In this document: positions 9,153 to 19,436 of the stretch, piece after piece | Position numbering within the stretch: position 1 is the first letter of the stretch | Layout of the letters: each line of letters opens with the position of its first letter | From: Gammaproteobacteria bacterium | GTDB lineage: Bacteria > Pseudomonadota > Gammaproteobacteria > SZUA-229 | NCBI GenBank assembly: GCA_029287815.1 | Contig: JARFQK010000263.1 | Coordinates: 1 to 31,872, forward strand | Length of the DNA stretch: 31,872 bases | Reading direction: 5' to 3' | Translations under genes and position numbers: made by a program | The notes under the pieces: model-generated | The model's input: the letters and a program-made list of their open reading frames with translations, nothing else | The model's database searches: none | What the model was told of the DNA's origin: nothing

Positions 9153-9881
9153 TTGCGCATCACCCGAATCTACTACGCCGGCGACATCAATCCCGGTAAG
9201 ACAATCACGTTGTCGCCGAATGCGTCGAATCACTTGATTCGTGTGTTACGTTGTCGACAAGGCACGCCCTTGACCGTTTTCAATGGTGGCGGTGGCGAGT
9301 ACGCCGCTGTTCTGCTGGATCAGAATCCCAGGGCAGTCAGCGTTGGTATCAATGAATACACCGGCGCGAACCGCGAATCACCGCTGCAACTGGTACTGCT
9401 TCAGGGTATTTCCCGTAGCGACCATATGGACAGCACCATCCAGAAAGTAACCGAACTGGGCACGAGCGCGATCTATCCGGTGATCTGTGAGCGATCCCAC
9501 AGTGTCGGACAAGACCGCATCAGGAGAAAACACGATCGCTGGCAACAAATCATCATCAGTGCGTGCGAACAAAGCGGGAGAAACCGACTGCCCCAGCTGC
9601 ACGAGCCGGTATCACTCGATGCAGCCATAATCCGTGCTGCCAGTCCGAGCAGACTGGTGCTCGATCCGACCGCTGCCGACAGTATCAGGACCATTTCACA
9701 ACAGCCCAGGCAGGTAGCCGTGCTGTGCGGGCCGGAAGGCGGCCTGACTCAACAGGAGATCGAAACGGCATGTCGGGCGGGCTTCACCAGGATTTCATTC
9801 GGACCTCGAATACTGCGCACTGAAACGGCAGGTCCAGCTTTTATATCTGTTCTACAGGCCTTGTGGGGCGATATGGGCTAA
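9153..9881 (+). CDS. rsmE: 16S rRNA m3U1498 methyltransferase
   Basis: HLIRVLR, QKVTELG, ACEQSGR, GPEGGLT, FGPRILRTETAG; TTG start. Confidence 0.95.
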   Translation: MRITRIYYAGDINPGKTITLSPNASNHLIRVLRCRQGTPLTVFNGGGGEYAAVLLDQNPRAVSVGINEYTGANRESPLQLVLLQGISRSDHMDSTIQKVTELGTSAIYPVICERSHSVGQDRIRRKHDRWQQIIISACEQSGRNRLPQLHEPVSLDAAIIRAASPSRLVLDPTAADSIRTISQQPRQVAVLCGPEGGLTQQEIETACRAGFTRISFGPRILRTETAGPAFISVLQALWGDMG

Positions 9882-9923
9882 CCCTAATGCGACTCACCTA
9901 ATTAATAGCATCATTGCTATCTG

Positions 9924-10261
9924 TGTTGCGTAATTCGCTGGTGAAATAAGCCGCATCGGTCGTGCGTACCATCCTAGCGATCGAATTCGCTAGACTGGCA
10001 TCGATACGTACGACGCAACATGCTCATTTTAGTTGATCCACAGATGAACACCGATAAACGCAGAGATTTTGTCAACGCTTAGCCCGCATTTCTCACCAGG
10101 CGGACGCATCATCCGTTGAATCGTTTAAAGGGCTACCGTGCGGTTACGGTTTGTCATATCTGGTTTTAGGAACACGCTGGCGTAGCAACAACAAAACATA
10201 CGCGTTAATCTGCGTTCATCCGCGGACAAAAAAAAAGAATCTACCAACGAATTGCGTAACA
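9924..10261. repeat. Nested inverted-repeat complex between convergent rsmE and chpC
   Basis: Outer IR 9924-9942 / 10243-10261 (16/19); inner IR 10037-10064 / 10199-10226 (21/28); central family A copy at 10080-10100; small hairpin CTAGCGA/TCGCTAG near 9974-9993. Confidence 0.7.
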
Positions 10262-10353
10262 ACTCCACTAACGGTGGATTGACACGGCGTATGCTCGTAA
10301 ACACCAAACAGTGCGAATGTCTTTGTTAGAGGTCCGCCGTTGCCAAAGTCGGC

Positions 10354-10827
10354 TCATATTGCGGCCTGTAGCAGCATTTGCTCGATCGCTCTGATATCGA
10401 GAATTCCGGCTGCTGCTCCGTTGATTCTTACTTTCTTTGCGATCATTGGATGCTGCTCCGTGTCGTAATCGTCGGGTTTGACCTGGTCGCGAGAGAAAGT
10501 ACTGACATGGGGCACACCGTGCATCGCCAATCCGATGTACGGATACTCCGGCTCCTCGTCCTCGCTGGCCGAATAGATCACGGCGACCTGTGTGTTCAGA
10601 TTGACCGCTTGAGCCTGATCGCCAGCTGCAGCCTCATAGGAAACCACCGGCAACTCGACGCCACGCCAACGGGCTTTACCCAGCAGCCATCGCGGCGAGT
10701 TATCCGGTTGACGCACCTCCTGTACAGAGATAATCTCTGCGACCGCGGCGTTCGGAACCACCACCAGTTTGTTTTTCAGCGTCAGAATGATACTTTTTAT
10801 CAACCGATTGCTCTGTTCCACGATCAC
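10354..10827 (-). CDS. chpC: CheW-like coupling protein (ChpC type)
   Basis: VVPNAAVAEII, WLLGKARWRGVELPVVSYE; GTG start shares 1 nt with the chpA stop; typical last gene of Chp clusters. Confidence 0.85.
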   Translation of the reverse strand: MIVEQSNRLIKSIILTLKNKLVVVPNAAVAEIISVQEVRQPDNSPRWLLGKARWRGVELPVVSYEAAAGDQAQAVNLNTQVAVIYSASEDEEPEYPYIGLAMHGVPHVSTFSRDQVKPDDYDTEQHPMIAKKVRINGAAAGILDIRAIEQMLLQAAI

Positions 10828-13800
10828 TATGCCTGCAATATGTTATTGATATTTTTCAACAGTTCTTCTTCCTGATAAGGTTTGCCCAGATATTCGTTGA
10901 CGCCGATTTCCATCGCTTTTTCCTTGTGTTTTTCGCCCGTTCGGGACGTGATCATGATGATAGGAAGATCCTTCAGACGCTCGTCATTGCGGATGTACGA
11001 GGCCAGTTCAAAACCATCCATTCTGGGCATCTCGATATCCAGCAACATCAGATCCGGCTTGGTTTCGAGAAGCTGATTGGTCGCATCGATGCCATCTTTT
11101 GCGAGCAGAACAGTGATCCCATTTCGTTCGAGCATACGAGCGGTGACCTTGCGAATCGTGATCGAATCATCCACTACCATGATGGTTCTCTCTTCGGATT
11201 TCTGCTCAGCAACCGTTTCGACTTCCGCCTCGACCTGTTCCGCATCCCGGATCAGATTTTCGGTCACGACCAGGGCAGCCAGTTCAATGATCAACACCAC
11301 ACGGCCATCCGCGAGAATAGTCGCACCGGTAATACCTCTAACGCTGCCGAGCTGGTGACCGACCGGCTTGACGACGACTTCACGCCGGCCTACCAGCTCA
11401 TCGACGTGCAACGCATAATGGTAGTTACCAACCTGGGCAAGCAGCACCGGGAAAAGCCCGTAATATTCGCTGTAGTTAGGCCTCTGGCCGCTGAGCAGCT
11501 GTCCGAGGTGCTTCAGTTCATATTCAACGCCATTGAACGAGTAGCGTTGCTGGTCACTTTCGTAGAACCGCTGCAACTCGGCTCCGGTCACACGTACCAC
11601 GCCTTCGATACTCGCTAAAGGTATGGCGTAAATGTCCTCGGCTGCGCTCACCAGCAACGCCTGATTGATCGCCAGGGTCAGTGGTAGACGGATCGTGAAT
11701 TCGGTGCCTTTTCCCGGAAAAGTGTCGATTTCCAGCACGCCGCCGAGCTGTTTGAGTTCAGCATCGACGACGTCCATGCCGACACCGCGGCCAGCAACCT
11801 GGGATACCTTTTCCGCAGTACTAAACCCCGATTTGAGAATGAGCTGCAGAACCTCACGGTCACTGACTTTGCTGTCTGCATCGAGCAGGCCTTGCTGCAC
11901 CGCCTTCATGCGGATCGCGCCTGCATTGATGCCCGAGCCGTCGTCCTTGACCACCATCATGACGTCTCCACCCTGACGATCCACAACGATCGTGATTTTT
12001 CCAATTTCCGGTTTTCCTGCCGCGATTCGCTTGTCCGGCGCTTCGATGCCATGCGCGACCGCGTTGCGCAACATGTGCTCCAAGGGTGCAACGATTCGAT
12101 CCAGAATGGTACGGTCCAGCTCATTGCTGTCGCCGATGATTTCAAGTTCGACTTCTTTGCCCAGTTCCCGCGCAGTCTGGCGAATGATTCTGCGCAGACG
12201 CGTTGATAGCCCACCAAAACGCACCATGCGTGTGCGCATCAGGCCTTCCTGCAATTCCGTGCTGACACGCGACTCCTGCAACAGCAAGGTTTCAGAATCA
12301 CGCACAATTTCACTCAGAATCTCTCGGATACTCTCGACGTCGCCGGCTGTCTCGGTCAGACTTCGGGAAAGCTGCTGCATGGTCGAGTATCGGTCCATTT
12401 CCAATGGATCGAAGTCTTCATCATACTGGTTGGATTCCTTCTCGAACGAAGAGCGAATCTGTATTTCGGTTTCAATTTCCAGATTTCGCAGCTGTTGTTT
12501 CAGACGCACGACGGTCGATTCGAGTTCGTTCAGGTTGAAGCCTATGTCGCTCATCTGTTTGCCCATGCGAGCATGGTAGATATTGACCTCACCAGCGGAG
12601 TTGACGAGCTCGTTGAGCAGGTCTGCACGGACCCGAATCTGATCCTGGGCATCACGATAATTGGTGTCCGTCGCGCGCTCGCCCCATTGCGGCCTGTCGA
12701 TTTTGTCGGTCGCGCGACGACCCAGGTTAGGCCCAGGCTGATCTGACTTGGATTGCTCGATAACGCCCGGGGGTGCCTCTTTCGAACCTACCTGGTCGTT
12801 GGCCGCCGGCTCCTTGAGATCATCGAGCTCGAGGTCATAGCGTTCGATCGAACGCTTCTCGAGTACCCGTCCGCTCATCAATGCTTCGACCTGAGCGATG
12901 ATGTCACTCGCAGTATCGACCGGCGCCCGGTCTTTCACGTTTTTCAGCATCTCTGCGAGGCGGTCCACCGAAGCATTCAGCGTATCGAACAGCAGCCTGT
13001 TGGCCTCGACCTGTTTGTCTGCCACCTTGATGACGAGAGATTCAAGCAGGTGAGTCAGATCACCGACAGGCGCGAGTTCCGCCATACGCGCACCGCCCTT
13101 CAGGGTGTGCATATAGCGCTGCAATTGGTGAGTGCTCTCCTCATCATCAGGATTGCCAGTCAATTTCTGCAGCAGTTCTTCACAATTTTCGATCAGCTCG
13201 TCGGCTTCTTCGATAAAGATATCAATCAGATCGCTGTCAATATCACCATACGCAATCTCTGTTGTCGTGCGGACCGCTAACTCGGCAACGGGCTCGACGA
13301 CAGGCTCTTCAACCGGGGCCTCAACAGGCATTTCGGCACCATCGGTCGGCGGTTCCAGATCCACAGCGTCTGCAGCCACTGATTCGAACGCTTCGACAGC
13401 AGACGCGTCCGCTGCTTGATCATGATCCTGCTGAATTTCCGGTTCACTTTGGACACCACTTTCGTGCGAGGAGTGTTGCAACTGATGCTGCAACTCGATC
13501 TGCACTGCCCTGTTGATACGCTCCGCTAGTGCTTTGTCCGCAGCAGGCATCTGCCCCGACTTGATCTGCTCCAGCATCGAGCGGACGGTTTGCGCAACCT
13601 CCTCAAACAGCTGCACGACCGCGTCATCGATGGATAAATCCCGGCCTTCCTGCCTGATCTTTATGTATTTCTCGACTGCTCCACACAGTTCTGCGATTTG
13701 ATCAATTTCAGCCGTGCGTGCGCTGCCATAAAGCGTGTGAAACGCACGCACCAGATCCTTGCTGGCAGTCAGCGGCTGGGCGTTCTCTTTATGAGCGGTG

Positions 13801-16688
13801 AGTAATTCGTTGACGAGCTGCAGGTGCCCGATGCTCTCATCGTAGTAAATCTGGAACAACACCGGATCCATGCCCGCAGCAAGTTCATTGATGTCCGTTT
13901 TCGCCGCTTGCGCTTGTTGTTCGTCGATTTCAAAGGCCCACCCGTCCGCCAGTGCCGAATCGTCGAACTGCAAGCCATCGTCCTGATTAATCTCAACAGT
14001 ATCAACCGATTCTGCGGGCAATGGCCGGGCGGCATGGACACCATCATCGCCGGCCTCTGAGAGCTCAGCTGCTGTATGTGAGCTTGGCTGTTCAGCTTCA
14101 AATTCATCAAGATCTGGCCAACCGGCGTCGGGTTCATCGGCAGCGGGTTCGGTGTCTTCAACGCTGAACTCTTGATCGGCCGCGCGTTCCGCTTGATCGA
14201 GCGCGGCATTGGCCACCGCCAGGCTCTGCTCAACCGCGGTTGCAGCCGTACCCTGATCATCGTCAGCTTGGTCTGAGGCGGTCGCGCTGACAGGATGCGC
14301 GGCGAAATCGCCGGTTTCAGCGCCCTCAGGCAAATTATTCAGTTTTTTTTTGACCGTATCCTCGTTGGCTGCTGGAGGCGGCTTGCCTTCAGCCAGCGCG
14401 TGCGCGGTTGCCATCAAACGCGGAACCCTTGCGATCGGCTCGCGATTGCCCTGCAATTGTTCGATCAGTTGTGGCAGCACGGCCACAGCATCGTCGAGCG
14501 CACCAAACACCCTGGTGTCGGCTTCGATCTTCTTGTCAATCACGCGGTTGAGCATGTTTTCGAATTTCCACGCAAACTCGCCGATCAACTGGGCGCCGAT
14601 CAAACGACCGCTACCCTTAAGCGTATGAAAGCATCGACGCACGACACTCAGCGCCTGTTCGTCGGAAGTATTCGACTTCCACAGCGGCAGGTTGGTACTC
14701 AGCTCTGCGAGGACTTCCTGGGCTTCTTCAACAAAGATCTCGAGTATCTCAGCATCTGCATCATCACCAAGAATGTCGAAGTCGTCATATTCAGAGCCTA
14801 CGGACTCTACCGCAGGTTCGGGTGTTTGTATTTCGGGCTCCGCCTTCTCCGGCTCGCTCTCCCTTAGCGGTTGTTTGAATTCAACGATGTCGGCTTCGTG
14901 CGCCGTCGTTTCTGCGGACGTCGCTTCAGCCTCGACCTCGACCTGTTGATCAGCCATCTCATTGGACGCCGGTGTCGCAGCCGATGAGGCGAATCGCTCA
15001 CACACTTCGCTCAACGATGACAGTGCGTTCTCGCCGGTTCGCAGACCCTCCTCGACACCGGGGCGACCGTCCAGCATCGCTTCAAAGAAATATTCGATCG
15101 AGGTGACGACATCGGCAATCTTGTCCTGCTCCTGAACGTCAGGCTGGTGACCATTATCCAGCAATGCGACCTTGACATAGTGCTTCAACTTCGCCAGCAT
15201 GGTCTCGACCTGGGCCATCGACAGCATCATCGAAACGCCTCTGGTTTCTTCCAGCAGGTTCAGAACAGTCTGCAACGACTCTTGCTGAGCGTGACCGCTG
15301 ATGAATGACAAGATCGCATCTTTCGCATCAGTGAAGTTTTGCAATCCCTGACCCAGCGTCGTAGTCAGCACCTCGCGATACTCAGCAGCTGGCACCACCC
15401 GGTCTTCATCATCAGCCAGATCAGGAGCGCCGGTGCGCTTCGCCACGTAATTGTCGAGATCGGCCTCGGCGGACAACAATTCACCCGCTATGGTGAAGAC
15501 AAGCTCTTCGTCTGCCTCGGTGTTTTGCTCAGTGATGCTCTGGATCCTGTCCTTTTGTTCGAGCACTTTTTGCCTTGCTTCACCCAGACCCAGCATACCG
15601 TAAGTATCGCCTATTTTGACCAGTTGCTCGGTCAGTGGCGCGAGTTCCGCGACATTACGGTCACTGCTGTGAATGAACAACTCGAGGGCATCCTTGACCT
15701 GTGACAGATCCTCCTTGATTCCCTGGGATACGGTTGCAAACAGTTCGGCGTTCAGACCACCGACCGTCGATTCGGCCTGCTCCTGGGTCGAGCTGAGCAG
15801 TTCATTGAGGTTATAGATCTCTCTAACCCTACTGATGCGCTCCCCGGACGATTCGCTATGGGCGATGTAGTAGAGAGCGTTCTTCAGGAGTTCCTGCGAA
15901 TAACGGGTCGCAAAATCCTCCTCACCACAATCGATCACCAGCTTGATCTGGCGGTCCGCATGACCCAGCAACATCTTCACGCTAACGCCAGCGTCAATGC
16001 CATCGTCGCCCAAGCCCTCGAGCAGGGCTGCAATCACGGACCAGTAACGCCGGACAGACTGCTCGGCCGAAGCCTTGTGCAGCGCCACGATCACGGCGAG
16101 CATACGTTTTACGCCGGCATGTTTCTTGTCGTTTTTGAGCAGATCGAGCAAGCCAAGCTGAAAATGCATACGCAGCCGCTTCGCCTGGCCCTTGAGCTTA
16201 CCAGGTTCGATGACAGGTGCTTCAATCTCCTGCTCCTCGATCTCCGCTGCGTCCATATCCGGAAAGAAAAGCACGTTCTCTGACAGCAGGCTCTGTTTGC
16301 AAACGGCTCGCATGTCGTTCATCAATGGCAACAGGGCCATTGGCGTGTCTTTTTTGCCCGCCTGCAAACCCTCGAGATAGTCCGGCAGCTGCAGCAACGC
16401 CCGCATCAGCACATCGTAGGCGTCTTCTCTGCTCTCTGCCTGGCCCTCGAGTATCGCTCTGGCGGTATTCTCCATTTCCTCGGCAAGCATGGCCGCACCA
16501 AAAATCTCGACCATCTGCAAGGTACCGTAGACCAGACGCAATCCCTCGATGCAATCATGCATCAGACCTTCGTCATCGTTGTGCTCGATGTATTCTGACA
16601 AAGACGACTGCGCATCATTGATCACGGCGTCCAGCTGCGACTTGACCCAGCTCAGAGAGTTGTATTCTATCGTTCCGCTAGCCTTCAT
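10827..16688 (-). CDS. chpA: Pil-Chp hybrid histidine kinase (degenerate N-terminal Hpt region, three His-Hpt domains, CheA kinase, CheW, receiver)
   Basis: N-terminal EYNSLSWVK; HTLKGSG, HTLYGSA, HTLKGGA; EHMLRNAVAHGIE, DDGSGI, GFSTA..GRGVGMDVV; CheW domain; receiver VDDS..DIEMPRMDG..KPY. Confidence 0.95.
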   Translation of the reverse strand: MKASGTIEYNSLSWVKSQLDAVINDAQSSLSEYIEHNDDEGLMHDCIEGLRLVYGTLQMVEIFGAAMLAEEMENTARAILEGQAESREDAYDVLMRALLQLPDYLEGLQAGKKDTPMALLPLMNDMRAVCKQSLLSENVLFFPDMDAAEIEEQEIEAPVIEPGKLKGQAKRLRMHFQLGLLDLLKNDKKHAGVKRMLAVIVALHKASAEQSVRRYWSVIAALLEGLGDDGIDAGVSVKMLLGHADRQIKLVIDCGEEDFATRYSQELLKNALYYIAHSESSGERISRVREIYNLNELLSSTQEQAESTVGGLNAELFATVSQGIKEDLSQVKDALELFIHSSDRNVAELAPLTEQLVKIGDTYGMLGLGEARQKVLEQKDRIQSITEQNTEADEELVFTIAGELLSAEADLDNYVAKRTGAPDLADDEDRVVPAAEYREVLTTTLGQGLQNFTDAKDAILSFISGHAQQESLQTVLNLLEETRGVSMMLSMAQVETMLAKLKHYVKVALLDNGHQPDVQEQDKIADVVTSIEYFFEAMLDGRPGVEEGLRTGENALSSLSEVCERFASSAATPASNEMADQQVEVEAEATSAETTAHEADIVEFKQPLRESEPEKAEPEIQTPEPAVESVGSEYDDFDILGDDADAEILEIFVEEAQEVLAELSTNLPLWKSNTSDEQALSVVRRCFHTLKGSGRLIGAQLIGEFAWKFENMLNRVIDKKIEADTRVFGALDDAVAVLPQLIEQLQGNREPIARVPRLMATAHALAEGKPPPAANEDTVKKKLNNLPEGAETGDFAAHPVSATASDQADDDQGTAATAVEQSLAVANAALDQAERAADQEFSVEDTEPAADEPDAGWPDLDEFEAEQPSSHTAAELSEAGDDGVHAARPLPAESVDTVEINQDDGLQFDDSALADGWAFEIDEQQAQAAKTDINELAAGMDPVLFQIYYDESIGHLQLVNELLTAHKENAQPLTASKDLVRAFHTLYGSARTAEIDQIAELCGAVEKYIKIRQEGRDLSIDDAVVQLFEEVAQTVRSMLEQIKSGQMPAADKALAERINRAVQIELQHQLQHSSHESGVQSEPEIQQDHDQAADASAVEAFESVAADAVDLEPPTDGAEMPVEAPVEEPVVEPVAELAVRTTTEIAYGDIDSDLIDIFIEEADELIENCEELLQKLTGNPDDEESTHQLQRYMHTLKGGARMAELAPVGDLTHLLESLVIKVADKQVEANRLLFDTLNASVDRLAEMLKNVKDRAPVDTASDIIAQVEALMSGRVLEKRSIERYDLELDDLKEPAANDQVGSKEAPPGVIEQSKSDQPGPNLGRRATDKIDRPQWGERATDTNYRDAQDQIRVRADLLNELVNSAGEVNIYHARMGKQMSDIGFNLNELESTVVRLKQQLRNLEIETEIQIRSSFEKESNQYDEDFDPLEMDRYSTMQQLSRSLTETAGDVESIREILSEIVRDSETLLLQESRVSTELQEGLMRTRMVRFGGLSTRLRRIIRQTARELGKEVELEIIGDSNELDRTILDRIVAPLEHMLRNAVAHGIEAPDKRIAAGKPEIGKITIVVDRQGGDVMMVVKDDGSGINAGAIRMKAVQQGLLDADSKVSDREVLQLILKSGFSTAEKVSQVAGRGVGMDVVDAELKQLGGVLEIDTFPGKGTEFTIRLPLTLAINQALLVSAAEDIYAIPLASIEGVVRVTGAELQRFYESDQQRYSFNGVEYELKHLGQLLSGQRPNYSEYYGLFPVLLAQVGNYHYALHVDELVGRREVVVKPVGHQLGSVRGITGATILADGRVVLIIELAALVVTENLIRDAEQVEAEVETVAEQKSEERTIMVVDDSITIRKVTARMLERNGITVLLAKDGIDATNQLLETKPDLMLLDIEMPRMDGFELASYIRNDERLKDLPIIMITSRTGEKHKEKAMEIGVNEYLGKPYQEEELLKNINNILQA

Positions 16689-16738
16689 TTACAGCCTACC
16701 CAACTTGAATTGCCTTCTGGTTCAAACTCTTTGGTCAA

Positions 16739-18811
16739 CTAGCTATCGAGAACCACGGTCTCAAGCTTACCCGACTCTGTCGCCGGGAGCTTGAATCCGG
16801 ATACCGAACGTTGCAGCTCGTTGGCCAGTTCATTCAAGGAGTTCAGGGACGAAGAAGTCTCTTCAGTGCCCTCCGACGTCCTCAACGTAATCTCCTGAAT
16901 GACGTTCATGGTCTTGGAAACATCACTGGCGATTGTGGACTGTTTCTTTGCGGATTCTGAAATACCTTGAATAAGATTAGCCAGATTCGTTGACACTGTT
17001 TCAATTTCTCGCAGTGCCTCGCCAGCGTCCTCGGCCCGCTTGGCACCGTTGACCACACCAGCCGTACTCACTTCCATGGATGTGATGGCTTCGCTGGTGT
17101 CCGCCTGAATCGTATTGACCAGTGTCTCGATCTGCTTGGTCGCATTACCTGCGCGCTCAGCCAACCGCTGAACCTCATCCGCCACAACCGCGAAGCCACG
17201 GCCTGCATCACCGGCAGTCGAAGCCTGAATGGCCGCATTCAGCGCGAGAATATTGGTCTGATCGGCAATTTCAGTGATAAGCCCGACGATATCGCCGATC
17301 TCCTGTGAGGATTCCCCCAGACGTTTGATGCGTTTCGACGTCTCCTGAATGGTTTCGCGTATTGCCTCCATGCTGGTGATAGTTTCACGCACCACACCGG
17401 CACCCTTCTGCGCAATTTCCATCGATTGAAGCGCAACCTCTGCTGATTCGGCGGCCTCTTTGGTCACATTCTGCATTGAATCAGCCATATCGGTAATCGC
17501 CGCACTGGCAGAAGCAATCTCTCGGGCCTGGTGATTACTCGCCTCCGCGAGTGACAACGCGGTGCCCTGCGCGTGCGAGGTTGACGTCGTCACTTCGGTC
17601 GAGGTATTGTTGATCGTGGTCACCAGCGAACGCAGCGCATCGATCGCAAAATTCACAGAATCAGCTATTGCACCTGTAATTTCCTCGGTGACCGTTGTGT
17701 GTACGGTCAAATCACCATCTGCCAGATTCGCCATTTCGTCGAGCAGCCTGAGAATCGCACGCTGATTCCGACGGTTGTTTTCCAGCGCTTGCTCCTCTCT
17801 TGCTTTCGCATCACGCAACATCAAAAAGCCACCAATGACGATCAGCACGACAGCCAGCACACCGAAGCCGACACCAACGAGCTGAATGATATCGAGAATC
17901 TTTGTCTGGCCCGAAATCGCGCTCCTGAATGTCTCGAGATCGCCCAGCAAGTTCGCGCTACCGGTCGTAACCTGACTGGCGGCATCCTTGACTTCGAAGA
18001 GTTCAGGCGAAAGTTCGAGAATTCCGGCGATGTTATCGCTGACCGCGCTGATCAGCATGGCTACCTCGCGCAGCTTGGCAATGGCTTCTTTATCAGTCAC
18101 TTTCTCGATCCGCAAAGAATCCGAGCCTTTCAGCAATCCCTCGAGCACCCTGCCAAAAAGCGCTGCATCACGACCAAAACGGTCAGCTGCTGCAGCCGCT
18201 TGTTCACCGCCAGCAAGCACCTGGTTGAGGTTGTTCTTGATGCGTTGCGACAGCATCATCTGGCGGCTAGCCAGATAGATTTGTCGCGACGAGCCTTTCT
18301 TTTTCATCAACACACCGACCACTTCGTCAGAAAAGGTCAACAGCTGGGGAATGAAGCTGTCGATAACGGTGTACAGCTCACGCACTTCTGAGATCGACTT
18401 TCTACCGTTGATGATGATCGAAACGTCGTTATTGAAATTGCGCCAGGCCACTTCAACACGCTCCAATGGTGTTATCAGTTCCTGATGCAGCTGGGGTATC
18501 CCGCTCAGGCTGTTACCCGTGCGGTAGACGTCGAGAATTTCCTCGAAACGTCCGCGGCTCGCGATCAACGCTGTGAAGTCCGACTCCTTGCCGGACGATG
18601 CGCCCAAGGCCTGCGTGGCCATGCTCTGCGACAACAATCGCAGTTCGGAAGCCATTTCGACATGCTGCTGCTGGTTGGCACGTTTGTTACCCACGTACAA
18701 GAGACTTCCCAACATCACAAAAATCGATATGAACAGTGTAATGCCCAAAAGCAGCAACGGTTTGCTGACCGATCGCACTTGAGATGATGTTTTTTTCTTC
18801 TTAGCGCTCAT
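16739..18811 (-). CDS. pilJ: Pil-Chp methyl-accepting chemoreceptor
   Basis: Two TM segments around PilJ-type periplasmic domains, [55 protein letters not shown]. Confidence 0.95.
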   Translation of the reverse strand: MSAKKKKTSSQVRSVSKPLLLLGITLFISIFVMLGSLLYVGNKRANQQQHVEMASELRLLSQSMATQALGASSGKESDFTALIASRGRFEEILDVYRTGNSLSGIPQLHQELITPLERVEVAWRNFNNDVSIIINGRKSISEVRELYTVIDSFIPQLLTFSDEVVGVLMKKKGSSRQIYLASRQMMLSQRIKNNLNQVLAGGEQAAAAADRFGRDAALFGRVLEGLLKGSDSLRIEKVTDKEAIAKLREVAMLISAVSDNIAGILELSPELFEVKDAASQVTTGSANLLGDLETFRSAISGQTKILDIIQLVGVGFGVLAVVLIVIGGFLMLRDAKAREEQALENNRRNQRAILRLLDEMANLADGDLTVHTTVTEEITGAIADSVNFAIDALRSLVTTINNTSTEVTTSTSHAQGTALSLAEASNHQAREIASASAAITDMADSMQNVTKEAAESAEVALQSMEIAQKGAGVVRETITSMEAIRETIQETSKRIKRLGESSQEIGDIVGLITEIADQTNILALNAAIQASTAGDAGRGFAVVADEVQRLAERAGNATKQIETLVNTIQADTSEAITSMEVSTAGVVNGAKRAEDAGEALREIETVSTNLANLIQGISESAKKQSTIASDVSKTMNVIQEITLRTSEGTEETSSSLNSLNELANELQRSVSGFKLPATESGKLETVVLDS

Positions 18812-18875
18812 ACCCTTATTTCTCCGAATAACTGCTCCACCTGTTCGCCCGGCACTATTTTGTTCACAGTTAAAT

Positions 18876-19421
18876 TTAGAGTGACGCCTGCGCTAGACGC
18901 TCATCTTGCGTCATGCTTTGGAAACTGAAGACCGGCCAGCTATCGCCCTCCTGATTGAAAGCCATGGCGACATATTTGGAGACATTCTCGTGGACAGCCG
19001 GTATCTGACTGGTCTGCTCCTTGTTCAAGAAATGCTTCATGCCGTAAACCTCTTCGACGACTACACCGGTATTGAAACCTTTGTAGTTGATCACGATGAC
19101 TTTTCCGTTTTTCCTCTGCTTGAGGTCCTCGCCAAGAATAAAGCCCTTCAAATCCATCAATGGCAACAAACCACCACGAACGTTGGCAACGCCCACCATC
19201 CATGATTTCACGCCGGGCACGTAGGTAAACTCCGGTAATTCAAGGATTTCCTCGATCTCGGACATCGGTGCAATCAGCTTGTCATCACCAAGCTTGAAGC
19301 CAATACCCACCCACTCGTCCTCGGTTTCATCCAATGTCGGCAAGCCTGCTGCATTTGCCTGACAACGCTGCTCAAGATCCAGCAAAAAATCAAACGGGTG
19401 GTTGATATCCATTGCAGTCAT
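18876..19421 (-). CDS. pilI: CheW-like protein
   Basis: [43 protein letters not shown]. Start uncertain (19427, 19421 or 19412). Confidence 0.9.
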   Translation of the reverse strand: MTAMDINHPFDFLLDLEQRCQANAAGLPTLDETEDEWVGIGFKLGDDKLIAPMSEIEEILELPEFTYVPGVKSWMVGVANVRGGLLPLMDLKGFILGEDLKQRKNGKVIVINYKGFNTGVVVEEVYGMKHFLNKEQTSQIPAVHENVSKYVAMAFNQEGDSWPVFSFQSMTQDERLAQASL

Positions 19422-19436
19422 GATCAAGTTTACAAA

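Noticed and set aside
10228-10236. A9 run as a minus-strand terminator tail for chpC
   Set aside because: No hairpin is adjacent on the required side.
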